Translations under genes and position numbers: made by a program
The notes under the pieces: model-generated
What the model was told of the DNA's origin: nothing
The model's database searches: none
Seen by the model: the letters and a program-made list of their open reading frames with translations, nothing else
In this document: positions 47,529 through 58,124 of the stretch, piece after piece
Numbering within the stretch: position 1 is the first letter of the stretch
Layout of the letters: every line of letters starts with the position of its first letter
Assembly (NCBI GenBank): GCA_947626435.1
Contig: CANQSB010000007.1
Location: 14,243-78,242 of the forward strand
Length of the DNA stretch: 64,000 nucleotides
Direction: 5' to 3'
From: an uncultured Lachnospiraceae bacterium
GTDB lineage: Bacteria; Bacillota; Clostridia; Lachnospirales; Lachnospiraceae

Positions 47529-49190
47529 TTATTTAATGAACTGCCACTCTTCTACCTCATAGCTTTCCCCATAAAAAATCAGGTATAAATCATGTACGCC
47601 TGTGACCTGCTGCGTTAAGTCAGTAGTAAACACAGTAAATTCATCCGATGCCTGCTCGATTGGGAGACAGCCCAAAACATCACCGTCCGGCTTATCTGCG
47701 CGGATTTGGATTGCCCCGACAGCTCCTTCGGGGTTTTTGACTTTCGCGCTCCACTGCTTAGGAGATGCCGAGCCAAAATCCACGCCTTTCACCATCACAA
47801 AATCCCCTGTATTTATTCCGCTCAATGCCATATTTCCCGAACCGCACTGCCTGCTCTGCCCATCAGCCGCGGCACATTCTATTCCGCCCTCGACCGCCAT
47901 ATTTGCGGCGCAGTTGCTTTCGTACGGATTTACATAGGACAACTGCTCCCTGCCGGACAAGGTCTGCTTGATTTTGCCGATAGTACCGTCCTCCTGCATA
48001 GTAAAGGCATCAATATGAGTACAGCGGTATCCATGCTCTACGCCCATCGCCTTTTCCAGCACGCGGGTATGGTATGTGATATACCATTTATCTTTGAAAT
48101 AAAATACGCAGTGATGGTTATTTCCATACAGCCCAAAATATTTTCCCGGGTTTTCCAAAATAGTTTCCTTATATGTGAACGGTCCCATTGGGTTATCGCT
48201 CTCCATGCTGACTATTTCAGCGTTTTGAAAACCGTATTTAGCCATACCCTTAGCGTCTACCTGCCAGTTAGAGCAGTAAGTATAGTAATATTTTCCACCC
48301 GCCTTGTGTATGCCCGAATCCTCAAACAAATACGGAGCGTCGATACTGACAGGCTCGCCCACAATGCTTATCATATCGTCGCCAAGCTGTACCACACGCG
48401 CCGTTCCCGGATTGGCTGTCATACCCTCCGGAACTCCGCCGCCAAAATACAAGTATGCTTTCCCATCATCATCCACAAGCACCGCAGGGTCAAAAAGCCA
48501 TAGCACATCAGCGCAGTTTGGTGTCTCCCTTGTAATAAGTCCCTTCCCTATAGGGTCGGTAAACGGACCTGTGGGACTGTCCGCATTCAAAACGCCTATC
48601 CCGCCGCCGGCATCCGCAAAATAGAGGAAAAACTTCGGCTTGCCGTCAATCTCCTTCCACGCGGCGGCAGGCGCCCAGGAATTACGCGCCCAGACAGCCG
48701 CACCTGATTTTGACGCCGCGTTGATAACGCCATGGTCGGTAAAATTAACCATATCCGCTGTAGAAATCACATTTATGCTATGTATTTTACTATATGTATT
48801 CTCTGTAATATTCCCCGCGGCATCATATTCAAAGGCGTCCGCAGTCATATAAAAATATACTCTGTCCCCATAAACCATAGCATACGGGTCAGCGCCAAAG
48901 CGCTGTGTCATCAGTGGATTGGTCTGGCTGCCCTTTTTATAGCTTCTTGTAAGCTGTATATTGGCAAATAAAGCATTGTAATCCGTCTGCTTCTGCGCAT
49001 CACTCATATTTTCAGATTCCTCCGTTTCCTTATCTTCAACATTTTCAACGCTTTCAATATTTTCAACCGATACCGACATACCAGACTCCTGCGCGGAGGT
49101 TTCGTCTTCATCGCCGCTTCCGCAGGAGCACAGGCTCCATGTACACGCGAAAACCGTAAGGCATATCAGCGCCAGCGTTTTTTTATGCAT
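47529..49190 (-). CDS. Glycoside hydrolase family 43 lipoprotein with a C-terminal carbohydrate-binding module (arabinofuranosidase/xylosidase-like)
   Basis: Lipobox LCSCG, GH43 N-terminal block FGADPYAMVYGDRVYFYMT and a CBM6-like tail. Confidence 0.8.
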   Translation of the reverse strand: MHKKTLALICLTVFACTWSLCSCGSGDEDETSAQESGMSVSVENIESVENVEDKETEESENMSDAQKQTDYNALFANIQLTRSYKKGSQTNPLMTQRFGADPYAMVYGDRVYFYMTADAFEYDAAGNITENTYSKIHSINVISTADMVNFTDHGVINAASKSGAAVWARNSWAPAAAWKEIDGKPKFFLYFADAGGGIGVLNADSPTGPFTDPIGKGLITRETPNCADVLWLFDPAVLVDDDGKAYLYFGGGVPEGMTANPGTARVVQLGDDMISIVGEPVSIDAPYLFEDSGIHKAGGKYYYTYCSNWQVDAKGMAKYGFQNAEIVSMESDNPMGPFTYKETILENPGKYFGLYGNNHHCVFYFKDKWYITYHTRVLEKAMGVEHGYRCTHIDAFTMQEDGTIGKIKQTLSGREQLSYVNPYESNCAANMAVEGGIECAAADGQSRQCGSGNMALSGINTGDFVMVKGVDFGSASPKQWSAKVKNPEGAVGAIQIRADKPDGDVLGCLPIEQASDEFTVFTTDLTQQVTGVHDLYLIFYGESYEVEEWQFIK

Positions 49191-49221
49191 AGGGCCGCTC
49201 CTTTCACATCATTTCCCTGCA

Positions 49222-49389
49222 TCATCCATTTTCCGTTTTTATTTTTTTATCATATTTTACCTTAACTCTACACTTTTCCTGCACATATGCAGTAATGCCT
49301 TTTGCAGCCTCTCTAATTTCTGCCGCAGGTAAAAATTTTTCACTCTTAACAACGATTATTTTTATTTGATTTATTTTTTCTTTTTTCAT
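49222..49389 (-). CDS. Candidate 55-aa ORF overlapping the end of the upstream gene
   Basis: The ATG at 49389 lies inside an A-rich tract, and the ORF overlaps 49346-49389 out of frame. It may be a frameshifted C-terminal extension. Confidence 0.3.
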   Translation of the reverse strand: MKKEKINQIKIIVVKSEKFLPAAEIREAAKGITAYVQEKCRVKVKYDKKIKTENG

Positions 49390-49702
49390 GCGCCGCCTGC
49401 TTTTTCGCATCCTCCGCGCGCTTTTTATCCCTTGCCGCGACCTCATCCTTGTTGACTATATTCAGTACGCCCGGACTGCTTATCCTCACATAGTTTGCAT
49501 ACGGCGTATATTTTGTATGGCACTTATTACATTCAAAGCAGTTAAACTCTTCACCGTTTTCCAGCTTCACCTTCAAGATAAGCCCATACTTTACAGCACC
49601 ATCACAGGCACCCACGACACATTTGTTGATACGCTTGTCATAAACGTAAAACGTGTCCTCCCCCCTTAAAAGTACCCTCCTGACGGGAACTGTTTTATCC
49701 AT
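49346..49702 (-). CDS. Small Cys-containing (Zn-ribbon-like) protein with a Lys-rich tail
   Basis: KCVVGACDG...NCFECNKCHTKY, with a basic C-terminus. Lies 29 nt downstream of the VWA gene on the same strand. Confidence 0.5.
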   Translation of the reverse strand: MDKTVPVRRVLLRGEDTFYVYDKRINKCVVGACDGAVKYGLILKVKLENGEEFNCFECNKCHTKYTPYANYVRISSPGVLNIVNKDEVAARDKKRAEDAKKQAAHEKRKNKSNKNNRC

Positions 49703-49751
49703 CGTTTCTTCACCCTTCAACTATTCTGTTTTTAATAGTTATCCCCTTTCT

Positions 49752-50957
49752 TTATTTTGTAGCCATAAGCTTAATCATAGCCTCGTTCAGTCCCTTGACC
49801 GTAAGCTTATACATCGGAAACATTTCCTTTATGGCGGTTTCCGCCTCACGCCACGGGGCGCGTCCCGGCGCCATCTTGGGATTCAGCCAGACCACTCTTT
49901 TATAATGCCTTTTTACAAGCTGCAGCCACTGATAACCCGAAAGTCCGCCGTTTGGTCCCCTGTAATTGCCTGTATCCGAATAAAGCTCCTCGGGTGCCAT
50001 CGCGGCATCGCCCACAATCAAAACCTTGTAATCGCTGTCCGCATTCCTGAAAAGCCATTCCGTATCTATCCAGTCGCCATTGTCGCACTCAGGCGTCTTG
50101 TAAAGCTTGGAGTAAATGCAGTTGTGGAAATAGTAAACCTTTACGTCCTTGTAATGATTTGACTTGTTTACCGCCTGAAACAGATCGTTCAAAAGCTTTG
50201 TATACGGTATCATAGTGCCGCCCGAATCCATCAAAAGCAAAAGCTTTACCGCATTTTTCCTCGGCTTCATCATCTCTATCTGCAGATATCCGCCATTGTT
50301 GCAAGTCTTATCTATCGTCCCGTCAATGTCAAGCTCAGTCTTTGGAATATCAAGCTTGGTGGAAAACTGCCGAAGCCGCCTAAACGCCAGCTGAAACTGC
50401 CTGTTGTCAATCACCTTGTCATCGCGGAAATCGCGGTATTTCCTTGCACCCACTACAGCAAACGCTGATTGATACCCCGTAGAACCGCCCACTCTCACGC
50501 CACCGACATTGCCGCCTGTGTTGCCAAACTGCGTTTTACCCATCGTGCCAATCCAAAAGCTACCGCCGTTGTGCTCCGAGTCCTGGTCCTTCAAACGCTC
50601 CTTAAATTTCTCCTCGACATCATCCTTGTCCACATGAATTTCCTCAATCTGATTAAGCCAGTGCTTTTCCTCCTCGTGAAGAAGCTTGCTCATCTCAGGC
50701 TTGTCAAGCCACGCCAGCATATTTTTGCCCACTTCAGTCTCATTCTTCACTCCCTTAAAGCACTCCTCAAAAGCCATGTCAAACTTGTCATACTCCGTCT
50801 CACTCTTTACCAGTATCATACGCGCAACATAATAAAACTGCGTCAACGAACTCTCACAAAGCCCCTGATTTAGCGCATCCTGCAAGTCAAGCCACTCCCC
50901 CAGCGTAATATTAAGCCCCTTTTCCTTGCACTTATAGAAAAAATTAGAAAACATCAC
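49752..50957 (-). CDS. VWA (CoxE-like) domain protein
   Basis: 401 aa with a MIDAS-like LLLMDSGGTM in the C-terminal half. Confidence 0.8.
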   Translation of the reverse strand: MMFSNFFYKCKEKGLNITLGEWLDLQDALNQGLCESSLTQFYYVARMILVKSETEYDKFDMAFEECFKGVKNETEVGKNMLAWLDKPEMSKLLHEEEKHWLNQIEEIHVDKDDVEEKFKERLKDQDSEHNGGSFWIGTMGKTQFGNTGGNVGGVRVGGSTGYQSAFAVVGARKYRDFRDDKVIDNRQFQLAFRRLRQFSTKLDIPKTELDIDGTIDKTCNNGGYLQIEMMKPRKNAVKLLLLMDSGGTMIPYTKLLNDLFQAVNKSNHYKDVKVYYFHNCIYSKLYKTPECDNGDWIDTEWLFRNADSDYKVLIVGDAAMAPEELYSDTGNYRGPNGGLSGYQWLQLVKRHYKRVVWLNPKMAPGRAPWREAETAIKEMFPMYKLTVKGLNEAMIKLMATK

Positions 50958-51003
50958 ACCCCTCCTTCCACAAAAAATAAATGCTTAGTCACTTACAAAA
51001 CAG

Positions 51004-51819
51004 CTACGGCAGCTGCTGCCGCACAGTTTCCAAATCCTCGTCCTTCTTAACCACCACGCCCACAAACGGCAGCTGCTCCCTCAACTTATCCGCAGGAATC
51101 CCCCCAATCTGCAGCGCATTAATCCAATCAATAAGCTCCGACGTACTAGGCTTCTTGCGTATATCACGAATCGACCGTATATCATAGAAAATCTTCATCG
51201 CATTTTTCATCAGATTTTCCTCCACATCAGGATAATGCGTCCTTATAATCTCCTCCATAAGCTCCTGATTAGGAAAATCAATATAGTGGAAAATACACCT
51301 CCTAAGAAACGCATCAGGCAGCTCCTTCTCCGCATTCGACGTAATAATCACTATCGGCCTGTGCTTTGCCTTAACCGTCCGCTTAGTCTCATGAATATAA
51401 AACTCCATCTGGTCAAGCTCCCACAAAAGGTCATTCGGAAACTCCAAATCCGCCTTGTCAATCTCGTCAATAAGCAACACCACCTGCTCATCACTCTCAA
51501 ACGCCTCGCCAAGCTTACCCAGCTTGATATAATGCGCTATATCATCAACACCCTCCTCGCCGAACTGCCCGTCATACAAACGCTGTATGGTATCATACAT
51601 ATACAATCCATCCTGCGCCTTAGTCGTCGATTTAATGTTCCAAATAATAAGCCTTTTGCCAAGCGAATTTGCCACCGCCTGCGCAAGCATAGTCTTACCC
51701 GTCCCTGGCTCGCCCTTAATCAAGAGCGGCTTCTTCAAAGCAATCGCCACATTCACGCTGGAAAGCAGCTCCTTACTCGCCACATAATCCTGCGTACTAT
51801 TAAAAGTTGCCTCTGCCAT
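51004..51819 (-). CDS. MoxR/CoxD-like AAA+ ATPase (AAA_5)
   Basis: Walker A GEPGTGKT and Walker B LLIDEIDK; 271 aa. Confidence 0.85.
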   Translation of the reverse strand: MAEATFNSTQDYVASKELLSSVNVAIALKKPLLIKGEPGTGKTMLAQAVANSLGKRLIIWNIKSTTKAQDGLYMYDTIQRLYDGQFGEEGVDDIAHYIKLGKLGEAFESDEQVVLLIDEIDKADLEFPNDLLWELDQMEFYIHETKRTVKAKHRPIVIITSNAEKELPDAFLRRCIFHYIDFPNQELMEEIIRTHYPDVEENLMKNAMKIFYDIRSIRDIRKKPSTSELIDWINALQIGGIPADKLREQLPFVGVVVKKDEDLETVRQQLP

Positions 51820-52030
51820 CTTTAAATACCTCCTACCTCAATACCTTCACAAAACACTCATTTCACCCATTGACATGAGCGATTATTACAATCTAATTTC
51901 TACTTTTCAACCACATAAATCATTCAAGAAAAGTGCCCGTTCTTGGCATTTTTCGGTGTGAGATTAGAAATTCTTAGGTGCTTTAGCGCCTTGAGAAACG
52001 CCCACTGGCGTGAGCGATTAGAATTTCTTC

Positions 52031-53041
52031 TCACACTTGCCAACTTGACGAAATCTCAATCTTCTTATCCCGTATCATCAAGTCGCGTACCGCTGCCGCC
52101 GCCGATTTTTTATTGAAAAGTATCTCATTTACCTGCTCAATAATAGGCAGCTCAACATTATGCTTCTGCGCAAGCCTAAGCGCCGCCTTAGCCGAATAGA
52201 CGCCCTCTACCACCATTTTTACCTCAGCCATAGCCTCGTCCATCGTCCTGCCCTGCCCTATAAGTATGCCTGCCCTGCGGTTACGCGAATGCATGCTCGC
52301 GCACGTAACTATCAAATCGCCTATCCCCGATAAACCGAAAAATGTCTCGGATTTTCCGCCCATAGCCGTGCCAAGCCTTGAAATTTCCGCTATGCCGCGC
52401 GTGATAAGCGCCGCCTTTGTATTGTCGCCGTAGCCCAGCCCGTCAGCTATTCCCGCCGCCAGCGCCACAACATTTTTAAGCGCCGCGCCAAGCTCTATGC
52501 CAAGCACGTCAGGGCTTGTATAAACCCTGAACACATCACTCATAAAAATATTCTGTATATGCTCCGCCGTCTCCTTGCTGCGCGCACCGACCACTATAGT
52601 CGTGGGAATCCCCCTTCCGACCTCCTCCGCATGCGACGGACCTGACAAAACCGCCACATCAGCCTGCGGGATTTCCTCCTCTATAACTTGGGAAAGCGTC
52701 ATAAGCGTGCTCTCCTCGATGCCCTTTGCCACATTTACGATTATCTGCCCGTCCGCGACATATTGAGCCATGCTGTGCGCCGTAGAGCGCGTAAAAGGCG
52801 ACGGCACCGCAAGCACAAGCAAATCCATGCCCGCCACTGCCTCATTTATGTCAGTCGTAAATACAATGTCATCCGCAAGCTTGACATTCGGCAGCTTATC
52901 CTTGTTCTCATGCTCACGCTTCAGCATTTCTACCACGCTTTCCATAGACGACCACACCGTAAGAGTGTGCCCATTATTGTGAAGCAGCACGGACAACGCG
53001 ATTCCCCAGCTTCCCGCGCCTATAATTCCTATCCTTGCCAT
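52031..53041 (-). CDS. gpsA: NAD(P)H-dependent glycerol-3-phosphate dehydrogenase
   Basis: IGAGSWG Rossmann motif; 336 aa. Confidence 0.95.
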   Translation of the reverse strand: MARIGIIGAGSWGIALSVLLHNNGHTLTVWSSMESVVEMLKREHENKDKLPNVKLADDIVFTTDINEAVAGMDLLVLAVPSPFTRSTAHSMAQYVADGQIIVNVAKGIEESTLMTLSQVIEEEIPQADVAVLSGPSHAEEVGRGIPTTIVVGARSKETAEHIQNIFMSDVFRVYTSPDVLGIELGAALKNVVALAAGIADGLGYGDNTKAALITRGIAEISRLGTAMGGKSETFFGLSGIGDLIVTCASMHSRNRRAGILIGQGRTMDEAMAEVKMVVEGVYSAKAALRLAQKHNVELPIIEQVNEILFNKKSAAAAVRDLMIRDKKIEISSSWQV

Positions 53042-53118
53042 TCAAAACCTCCTTTAACTCATTATCATAGGCATTTGCAAAATCCCCTCAATAACGCAGG
53101 ACACATTTCACAGCCGCC

Positions 53119-53769
53119 TTACTTGTCACTGTTTTTCTTTGTAATGTATGTTTTCCTCTCCTGCTTATGTATAAGCCTGCTGATATTCGCCCGATGCTCC
53201 CAAAACGCAAGCGCCGCGATAAGCACAGTCACCACGTAAAGCTCATTCAGCGCCGCCTGTTCCATGCCAAACACGCCCGTCTGCCCCAAGACCACTACCT
53301 CTATTATAAGCATAACCTCCGTACAAAGCGACCCCAGCGACACATAATGCGTGAGGAAAAACGTGCCGAAAAACGTGATTATCTGCGGAATAATCATATA
53401 CGGATGGAAAAATATGATAAGCCCCGCCGTACACGCTATGCCCTTTCCGCCCTTAAATCCAAGATAAAACGGAAAATTGTGCCCCAATATCGCGCCCGCG
53501 CCTGTGTAAATCACAAGCAGATATTTAATGTCCGCGTATTGTGCGCCGAATATAAGCCTGACAAGCGTAATCGCAAGCCCTGTCTTTATAATATCACAAA
53601 ACAGCACTATCGCGCCCGCCTTTTTCCCAAGAACCCTCAAAGAATTTGTCGTGCCCGCGTTGCCGCTGCCGTACTTTCTTATATCAATTCCATGAAGCCT
53701 TCCATATATATATGATGTCTGAAAGCACCCAAATGCGTAACCTATTAAAATGCATATTATGCGTATCAT
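53119..53769 (-). CDS. plsY: Glycerol-3-phosphate acyltransferase
   Basis: GSGNAGTTN motif; polytopic; 216 aa. Confidence 0.95.
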   Translation of the reverse strand: MIRIICILIGYAFGCFQTSYIYGRLHGIDIRKYGSGNAGTTNSLRVLGKKAGAIVLFCDIIKTGLAITLVRLIFGAQYADIKYLLVIYTGAGAILGHNFPFYLGFKGGKGIACTAGLIIFFHPYMIIPQIITFFGTFFLTHYVSLGSLCTEVMLIIEVVVLGQTGVFGMEQAALNELYVVTVLIAALAFWEHRANISRLIHKQERKTYITKKNSDK

Positions 53770-53799
53770 CCTAATCCTCCATACCGCTTTAACAGCCGC

Positions 53800-55146
53800 C
53801 TACTTATCTTTTTTGTCAGATTTGCGTTCCCTTACGACAATCTTAATCGACGTCCCCCTAAAGCCAAACGCCTCTCTAAGCTTATTTTCCATATACCTCA
53901 TATACGAAAAATGCGCCAGCTCCTTGTCATTTACAAAGAACACAAACGTGGGCGGTTTCACACCTGCCTGAGTAGCATAATAAATTTTGAGGCGTTTGCC
54001 CTTATCTGATGGCGGCTGCTGCAACGCCGCCGCCTCGCCGACTATCTCGTTTACCACACCCGTAGAAATACGCAAGGTCTGATTTTCTATAACCATGTCT
54101 ATCAGATCAAAAATCTTGTTCACGCGCTGTCCCGTCATTGCGGAAATGAATATTATCTCCGCATAAGTCATAAATAAAAGGATGTTCCTTATCTTTTCCG
54201 TATAGCTGTAGACCGTCTTGCCGTCCTTTTCTATCGCGTCCCACTTATTTACGGCTATGATAATGCCTTTCCCTCTGTCATGGGCGATACCCGCTATCTT
54301 GGCATCCTGCTCCGTAACGCCCTCGACCGCGTCGATTACCAGCACTACCACGTCCGCGCGCTCCACCGCGCTGACCGTCCTGATAATCATATATTTTTCA
54401 AGCTCTTCCTTAATCTTGTTCTTGCGCCTAAGACCCGCCGTGTCAATAAAGACATACTCTTTTCCGTCATGCACTACTTCCGTGTCCACGGCATCCCTCG
54501 TCGTGCCCGCTATCTCCGATACAATTAAACGATTTTCGCCGATAAGCTTATTTATTATGGAAGATTTGCCTACATTAGGCTTGCCTACGATTGCCACTCT
54601 GGGACGGTCATCATCCTCCTGCTCGTCCTCCTTATCCTCAAAATGGCTTACTACCTCGTCAAGCATCTCGCCAAAGCCCATCCTGTTTGTGGCTGATATC
54701 GCAAACGGCTCACCTATTCCGAGATTGTAAAATTCATATACATCAGCCTCATATTTCTCAAAACTGTCCACCTTGTTTACCACAAGCACTATCGGCTTGT
54801 GACTGCGTCTAAGCATATCTGCCACCTTGGAATCCGAATCCACAAGCCCCTGCTTTACGTCCACAAGGAATATGATTACGTCCGCCGTGGCTACGGCAAT
54901 CTCTGCCTGCTCGCGCATTTGCGAGAGGATAATGTCCTTGCTGTCAGGTTCGATTCCACCTGTATCAATCAACGTAAAATTGTGGTTAAGCCAGCTTATG
55001 TCAGCATATATCCTATCCCTCGTAATGCCCGGCGTGTCCTCCACTATCGATATCCTGCTGCCCGCCAACGCGTTAAACAGCGTAGACTTTCCCACGTTCG
55101 GACGACCTACGACTGCCACTATCGGTTTTTTATTATTTTTGCTCAT
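53800..55146 (-). CDS. der: Ribosome biogenesis GTPase Der (EngA)
   Basis: Tandem G domains GRPNVGKST and [10 protein letters not shown] chose the ATG at 55146, which follows GGAGA. Confidence 0.95.
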   Translation of the reverse strand: MSKNNKKPIVAVVGRPNVGKSTLFNALAGSRISIVEDTPGITRDRIYADISWLNHNFTLIDTGGIEPDSKDIILSQMREQAEIAVATADVIIFLVDVKQGLVDSDSKVADMLRRSHKPIVLVVNKVDSFEKYEADVYEFYNLGIGEPFAISATNRMGFGEMLDEVVSHFEDKEDEQEDDDRPRVAIVGKPNVGKSSIINKLIGENRLIVSEIAGTTRDAVDTEVVHDGKEYVFIDTAGLRRKNKIKEELEKYMIIRTVSAVERADVVVLVIDAVEGVTEQDAKIAGIAHDRGKGIIIAVNKWDAIEKDGKTVYSYTEKIRNILLFMTYAEIIFISAMTGQRVNKIFDLIDMVIENQTLRISTGVVNEIVGEAAALQQPPSDKGKRLKIYYATQAGVKPPTFVFFVNDKELAHFSYMRYMENKLREAFGFRGTSIKIVVRERKSDKKDK

Positions 55147-55272
55147 TATTTTCTCCATTTCTGTTTTTATTGGAATTGCCAAGCTCTCTGCGGTATTCTC
55201 TGCCAAAAACTTTTTGTGCAAATTCAAGCTTATCATAGAATACTTCGCAATCATCCGTTTCAACCTTTATAA

Positions 55273-56598
55273 TCAAGACCTCAATATCGCCTCGATTAAA
55301 TCCCGCCCGCTTGATTTTACAATATCTACGCGGACTTGTAAAGCCTTTTCGAGTTCATTGACCGTCATATCGTCCAGAAAAATTTCCTCCCCGCTGCGCA
55401 GTACGTTTTGCGGCAGCAGCAGACGCCCGCCCAACGGCTTGTCCGCAAGCTGTGAAACTATGTCCTGTCCCGTGAGCAGTCCCGACACGGTAATCTGCTC
55501 ACCGAAAAAAACATTTTTTATCGGATAAATATTTACCTTTATCTGCGGGAAACGCGCTGTAAGCTTTTTTATAAGCTCCTCTATAAAGCCATGCGCAAGC
55601 ATGCCGGTCGCTATCGAAAGCTCGCTTGGCGCAGGCGCTGGCATTTCCACATCAAGCCCGTCCAGCGCCTCATTGAACTCATTTATCAACAGCCTGAGCA
55701 TCCCTACGCCGTTTTCAAGCTGTAAATATCCGTCATAGCGCTCCTCCTCGGGCAGTTCTTCCCCAGCCAGAATATACCACTCGTCGCTTGCATGGACAAA
55801 GTGGACTCCATGCTTTGTATACAGCTTTCTCTGCCACCTGTGAATGACCTCTAGCACTTTCCTAGCATCCTCTTTTGTAAAAGGCTCCAACGGATAAAGT
55901 CCCTCCCTATGCCGCGAAAGCCCTACAGGCACTACGGAAACACTCTCCAGATTAGGCAGGTATTTTGACAAATCCATTATGCTTCTTTCAAGCTCCTCAC
56001 CGTCATTTACACCTTTGCACAGCACTATCTGCCCATTCATCTGTATGCCCGCCTCGGCAAGCCGCCACGCCTTTGCAAGCGCGTCGCCCGCAAAACGGTT
56101 GTTCAGCATTTTGCAGCGCAGCTCCGGATTAGTCGTATGAAACGACACGTTTATAGGCGCCAGATTGTATTTGATTATGCGTTCGATATCCGCATCCGAC
56201 ATATTGGTGAGTGTCACATAATTTCCCTGAAGAAACGAAAGACGGGAGTCGTCGTCCTTGAAATAAAGCGTATCTCTCATTCCCTTAGGCATCTGGTCAA
56301 TAAAGCAAAAAATGCACTTATTGCGACACGAACGGTACTCGTCCATCAAGCCGTTCTGAAATGTTATGCCTAAGTCCTCATCATAATCCTTGTCAATCTC
56401 CAAAAGCCACTCCTCGCCGGTAGGCTTCCTAATAAGCACTTCTATATACTCATCCTGCGTGTAATATTGATAGTCAAAAATGTCCTCTATCCTGTTTCCG
56501 TTTATCTCCACCAGCGCGTCGCCCTTTTCTATTTCCATTTCCTCAGCTATGCTTCCCGGCGCTACGCTCTCGATTATATGCAATGGTTCTTTTTTCAT
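55273..56598 (-). CDS. PDZ plus radical-SAM-like DUF512 protein
   Basis: CRNKCIFC (CX3CX2C); 441 aa; located upstream of der. Confidence 0.8.
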   Translation of the reverse strand: MKKEPLHIIESVAPGSIAEEMEIEKGDALVEINGNRIEDIFDYQYYTQDEYIEVLIRKPTGEEWLLEIDKDYDEDLGITFQNGLMDEYRSCRNKCIFCFIDQMPKGMRDTLYFKDDDSRLSFLQGNYVTLTNMSDADIERIIKYNLAPINVSFHTTNPELRCKMLNNRFAGDALAKAWRLAEAGIQMNGQIVLCKGVNDGEELERSIMDLSKYLPNLESVSVVPVGLSRHREGLYPLEPFTKEDARKVLEVIHRWQRKLYTKHGVHFVHASDEWYILAGEELPEEERYDGYLQLENGVGMLRLLINEFNEALDGLDVEMPAPAPSELSIATGMLAHGFIEELIKKLTARFPQIKVNIYPIKNVFFGEQITVSGLLTGQDIVSQLADKPLGGRLLLPQNVLRSGEEIFLDDMTVNELEKALQVRVDIVKSSGRDLIEAILRS

Positions 56599-56835
56599 GC
56601 CTCTCCTTATCCGTTTCTACGGCTTTTGTGCGTTATAACGCTTTTTATGTTTCAAAATATTCCCTATATATAATAATACAAGAAAAACCTTGACGTGTCA
56701 CTAGGCGAATGTTATAAAATAATAGTAATGTACTTAAAAAGTTTCTGTTCACACATGCGCCGAACTTCGCTCCACCAAAGCTGATTGCGGCATATATGCG
56801 AACAGCGGACTAAAAGAGAAAGGATTTTTGACGAT

Positions 56836-58032
56836 ATGTCTATTTTGAGCGAATTTGCAAACACTATCCCCGTCGCGCCGATTAAGCTTGCTGTGCTCAA
56901 CAGCGCCATGGAGCTTGGGAATAAGGTAAATAAATATCTCGTAAAGGCAAGGAGCAATATAAGCAGCATATATAAGGACGATCCCGCGTTTCAGGGTTAT
57001 GCCGAAAGCAATTACCTCATGAATTTCTCTACGCCGCGCTTCAACAGCGGTGAGGGCAAGGCGGTTCTCAATGAATCCGCACGCGGCAAGGATTTGTTTA
57101 TCCTTGTAGATGTCTGCAACCACAGCCTTACATATAAGATGAACGGCTTCATCAATCATATGTCACCCGACGACCATTATCAGGAGCTAAAGCGCGTAAT
57201 TGCTGCTACAAATGGCAAGGCGCACAGAATCAACGTCATTATGCCTTTCTTATATGAAGGGCGGCAGCACAGGCGCAGCGGCAGAGAGTCGCTTGACTGC
57301 GCGTATGCTTTTGAGGAGCTTGTGGATATGGGCGTAAGCAATTTTATCACTTTTGACGCGCACGATCCCAGAATACAAAATGCCGCCCCGTTAAGCGGTT
57401 TTGATAATTTCTCGCCAAATTACCAGTTTGCACGCACCTTACTTCGCGCCGAAAAGGACTTGGTGCTTGACAAGGATCACATCATTGTCATTTCTCCTGA
57501 CGAGGGCGCTTTGGAGAGGGCTATTTATTTTTCTACCGTACTTGGCGTTGATACCGGCATGTTTTACAAGCGCCGCGATTATTCTACTATCGTAAATGGC
57601 AAAAACCCTATTGTCGCGCATGAGTTCCTTGGAAATGATATTAAGGGGAAGGATATCATTATTATTGACGATATGATTTCTTCCGGTGAGAGTATGCTTG
57701 ATACTTCAAGGCAGCTTAAAAACATGAAGGCTAAGCGCGTGTTTATATGCGCTACATTTGGGCTGTTTACCAACGGGCTTGACGCGTTTGACAAGGCGTA
57801 TGCTGACGGGGTATTTGACAGGGTTATCACTACCAATCTCTGCTATAGGCCGCCTGAGCTGCTTAAAAAGAAGTATTACCTTGAAGCTGATATGAGCAAG
57901 TTTTTGGCTTCGATTATCAATTTTATGAATCATGATTTGTCTACGGAAAATGTTATGACGCCTACTAAGAGGATTCAGAAGATTTTGGCTCAGTATGGTG
58001 AAGGAGCTAGTGATTTTGATGATGAAAAATAA
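56836..58032 (+). CDS. prs: Ribose-phosphate pyrophosphokinase (long form)
   Basis: DAHDPRIQN and the PRPP-binding loop IIIDDMISSGES. ATG at 56836. Confidence 0.9.
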   Translation: MSILSEFANTIPVAPIKLAVLNSAMELGNKVNKYLVKARSNISSIYKDDPAFQGYAESNYLMNFSTPRFNSGEGKAVLNESARGKDLFILVDVCNHSLTYKMNGFINHMSPDDHYQELKRVIAATNGKAHRINVIMPFLYEGRQHRRSGRESLDCAYAFEELVDMGVSNFITFDAHDPRIQNAAPLSGFDNFSPNYQFARTLLRAEKDLVLDKDHIIVISPDEGALERAIYFSTVLGVDTGMFYKRRDYSTIVNGKNPIVAHEFLGNDIKGKDIIIIDDMISSGESMLDTSRQLKNMKAKRVFICATFGLFTNGLDAFDKAYADGVFDRVITTNLCYRPPELLKKKYYLEADMSKFLASIINFMNHDLSTENVMTPTKRIQKILAQYGEGASDFDDEK

Positions 58033-58124
58033 TTAGTGTGGCTGTAGGCTACTCGAGTATAGAGGCATGCATATTTCTAGCCTTATATTAGTGGTTCAAA
58101 AAATAGGTTATTATGCAACTGTCC

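Noticed and set aside
53800-55263. 487-aa version of der and the alternative-start extensions of rny, vsr, nrdD and prs
   Set aside because: Internal ATGs with proper Shine-Dalgarno spacing give N-termini that match the conserved family starts. The extensions begin at non-ATG codons or lack an RBS.
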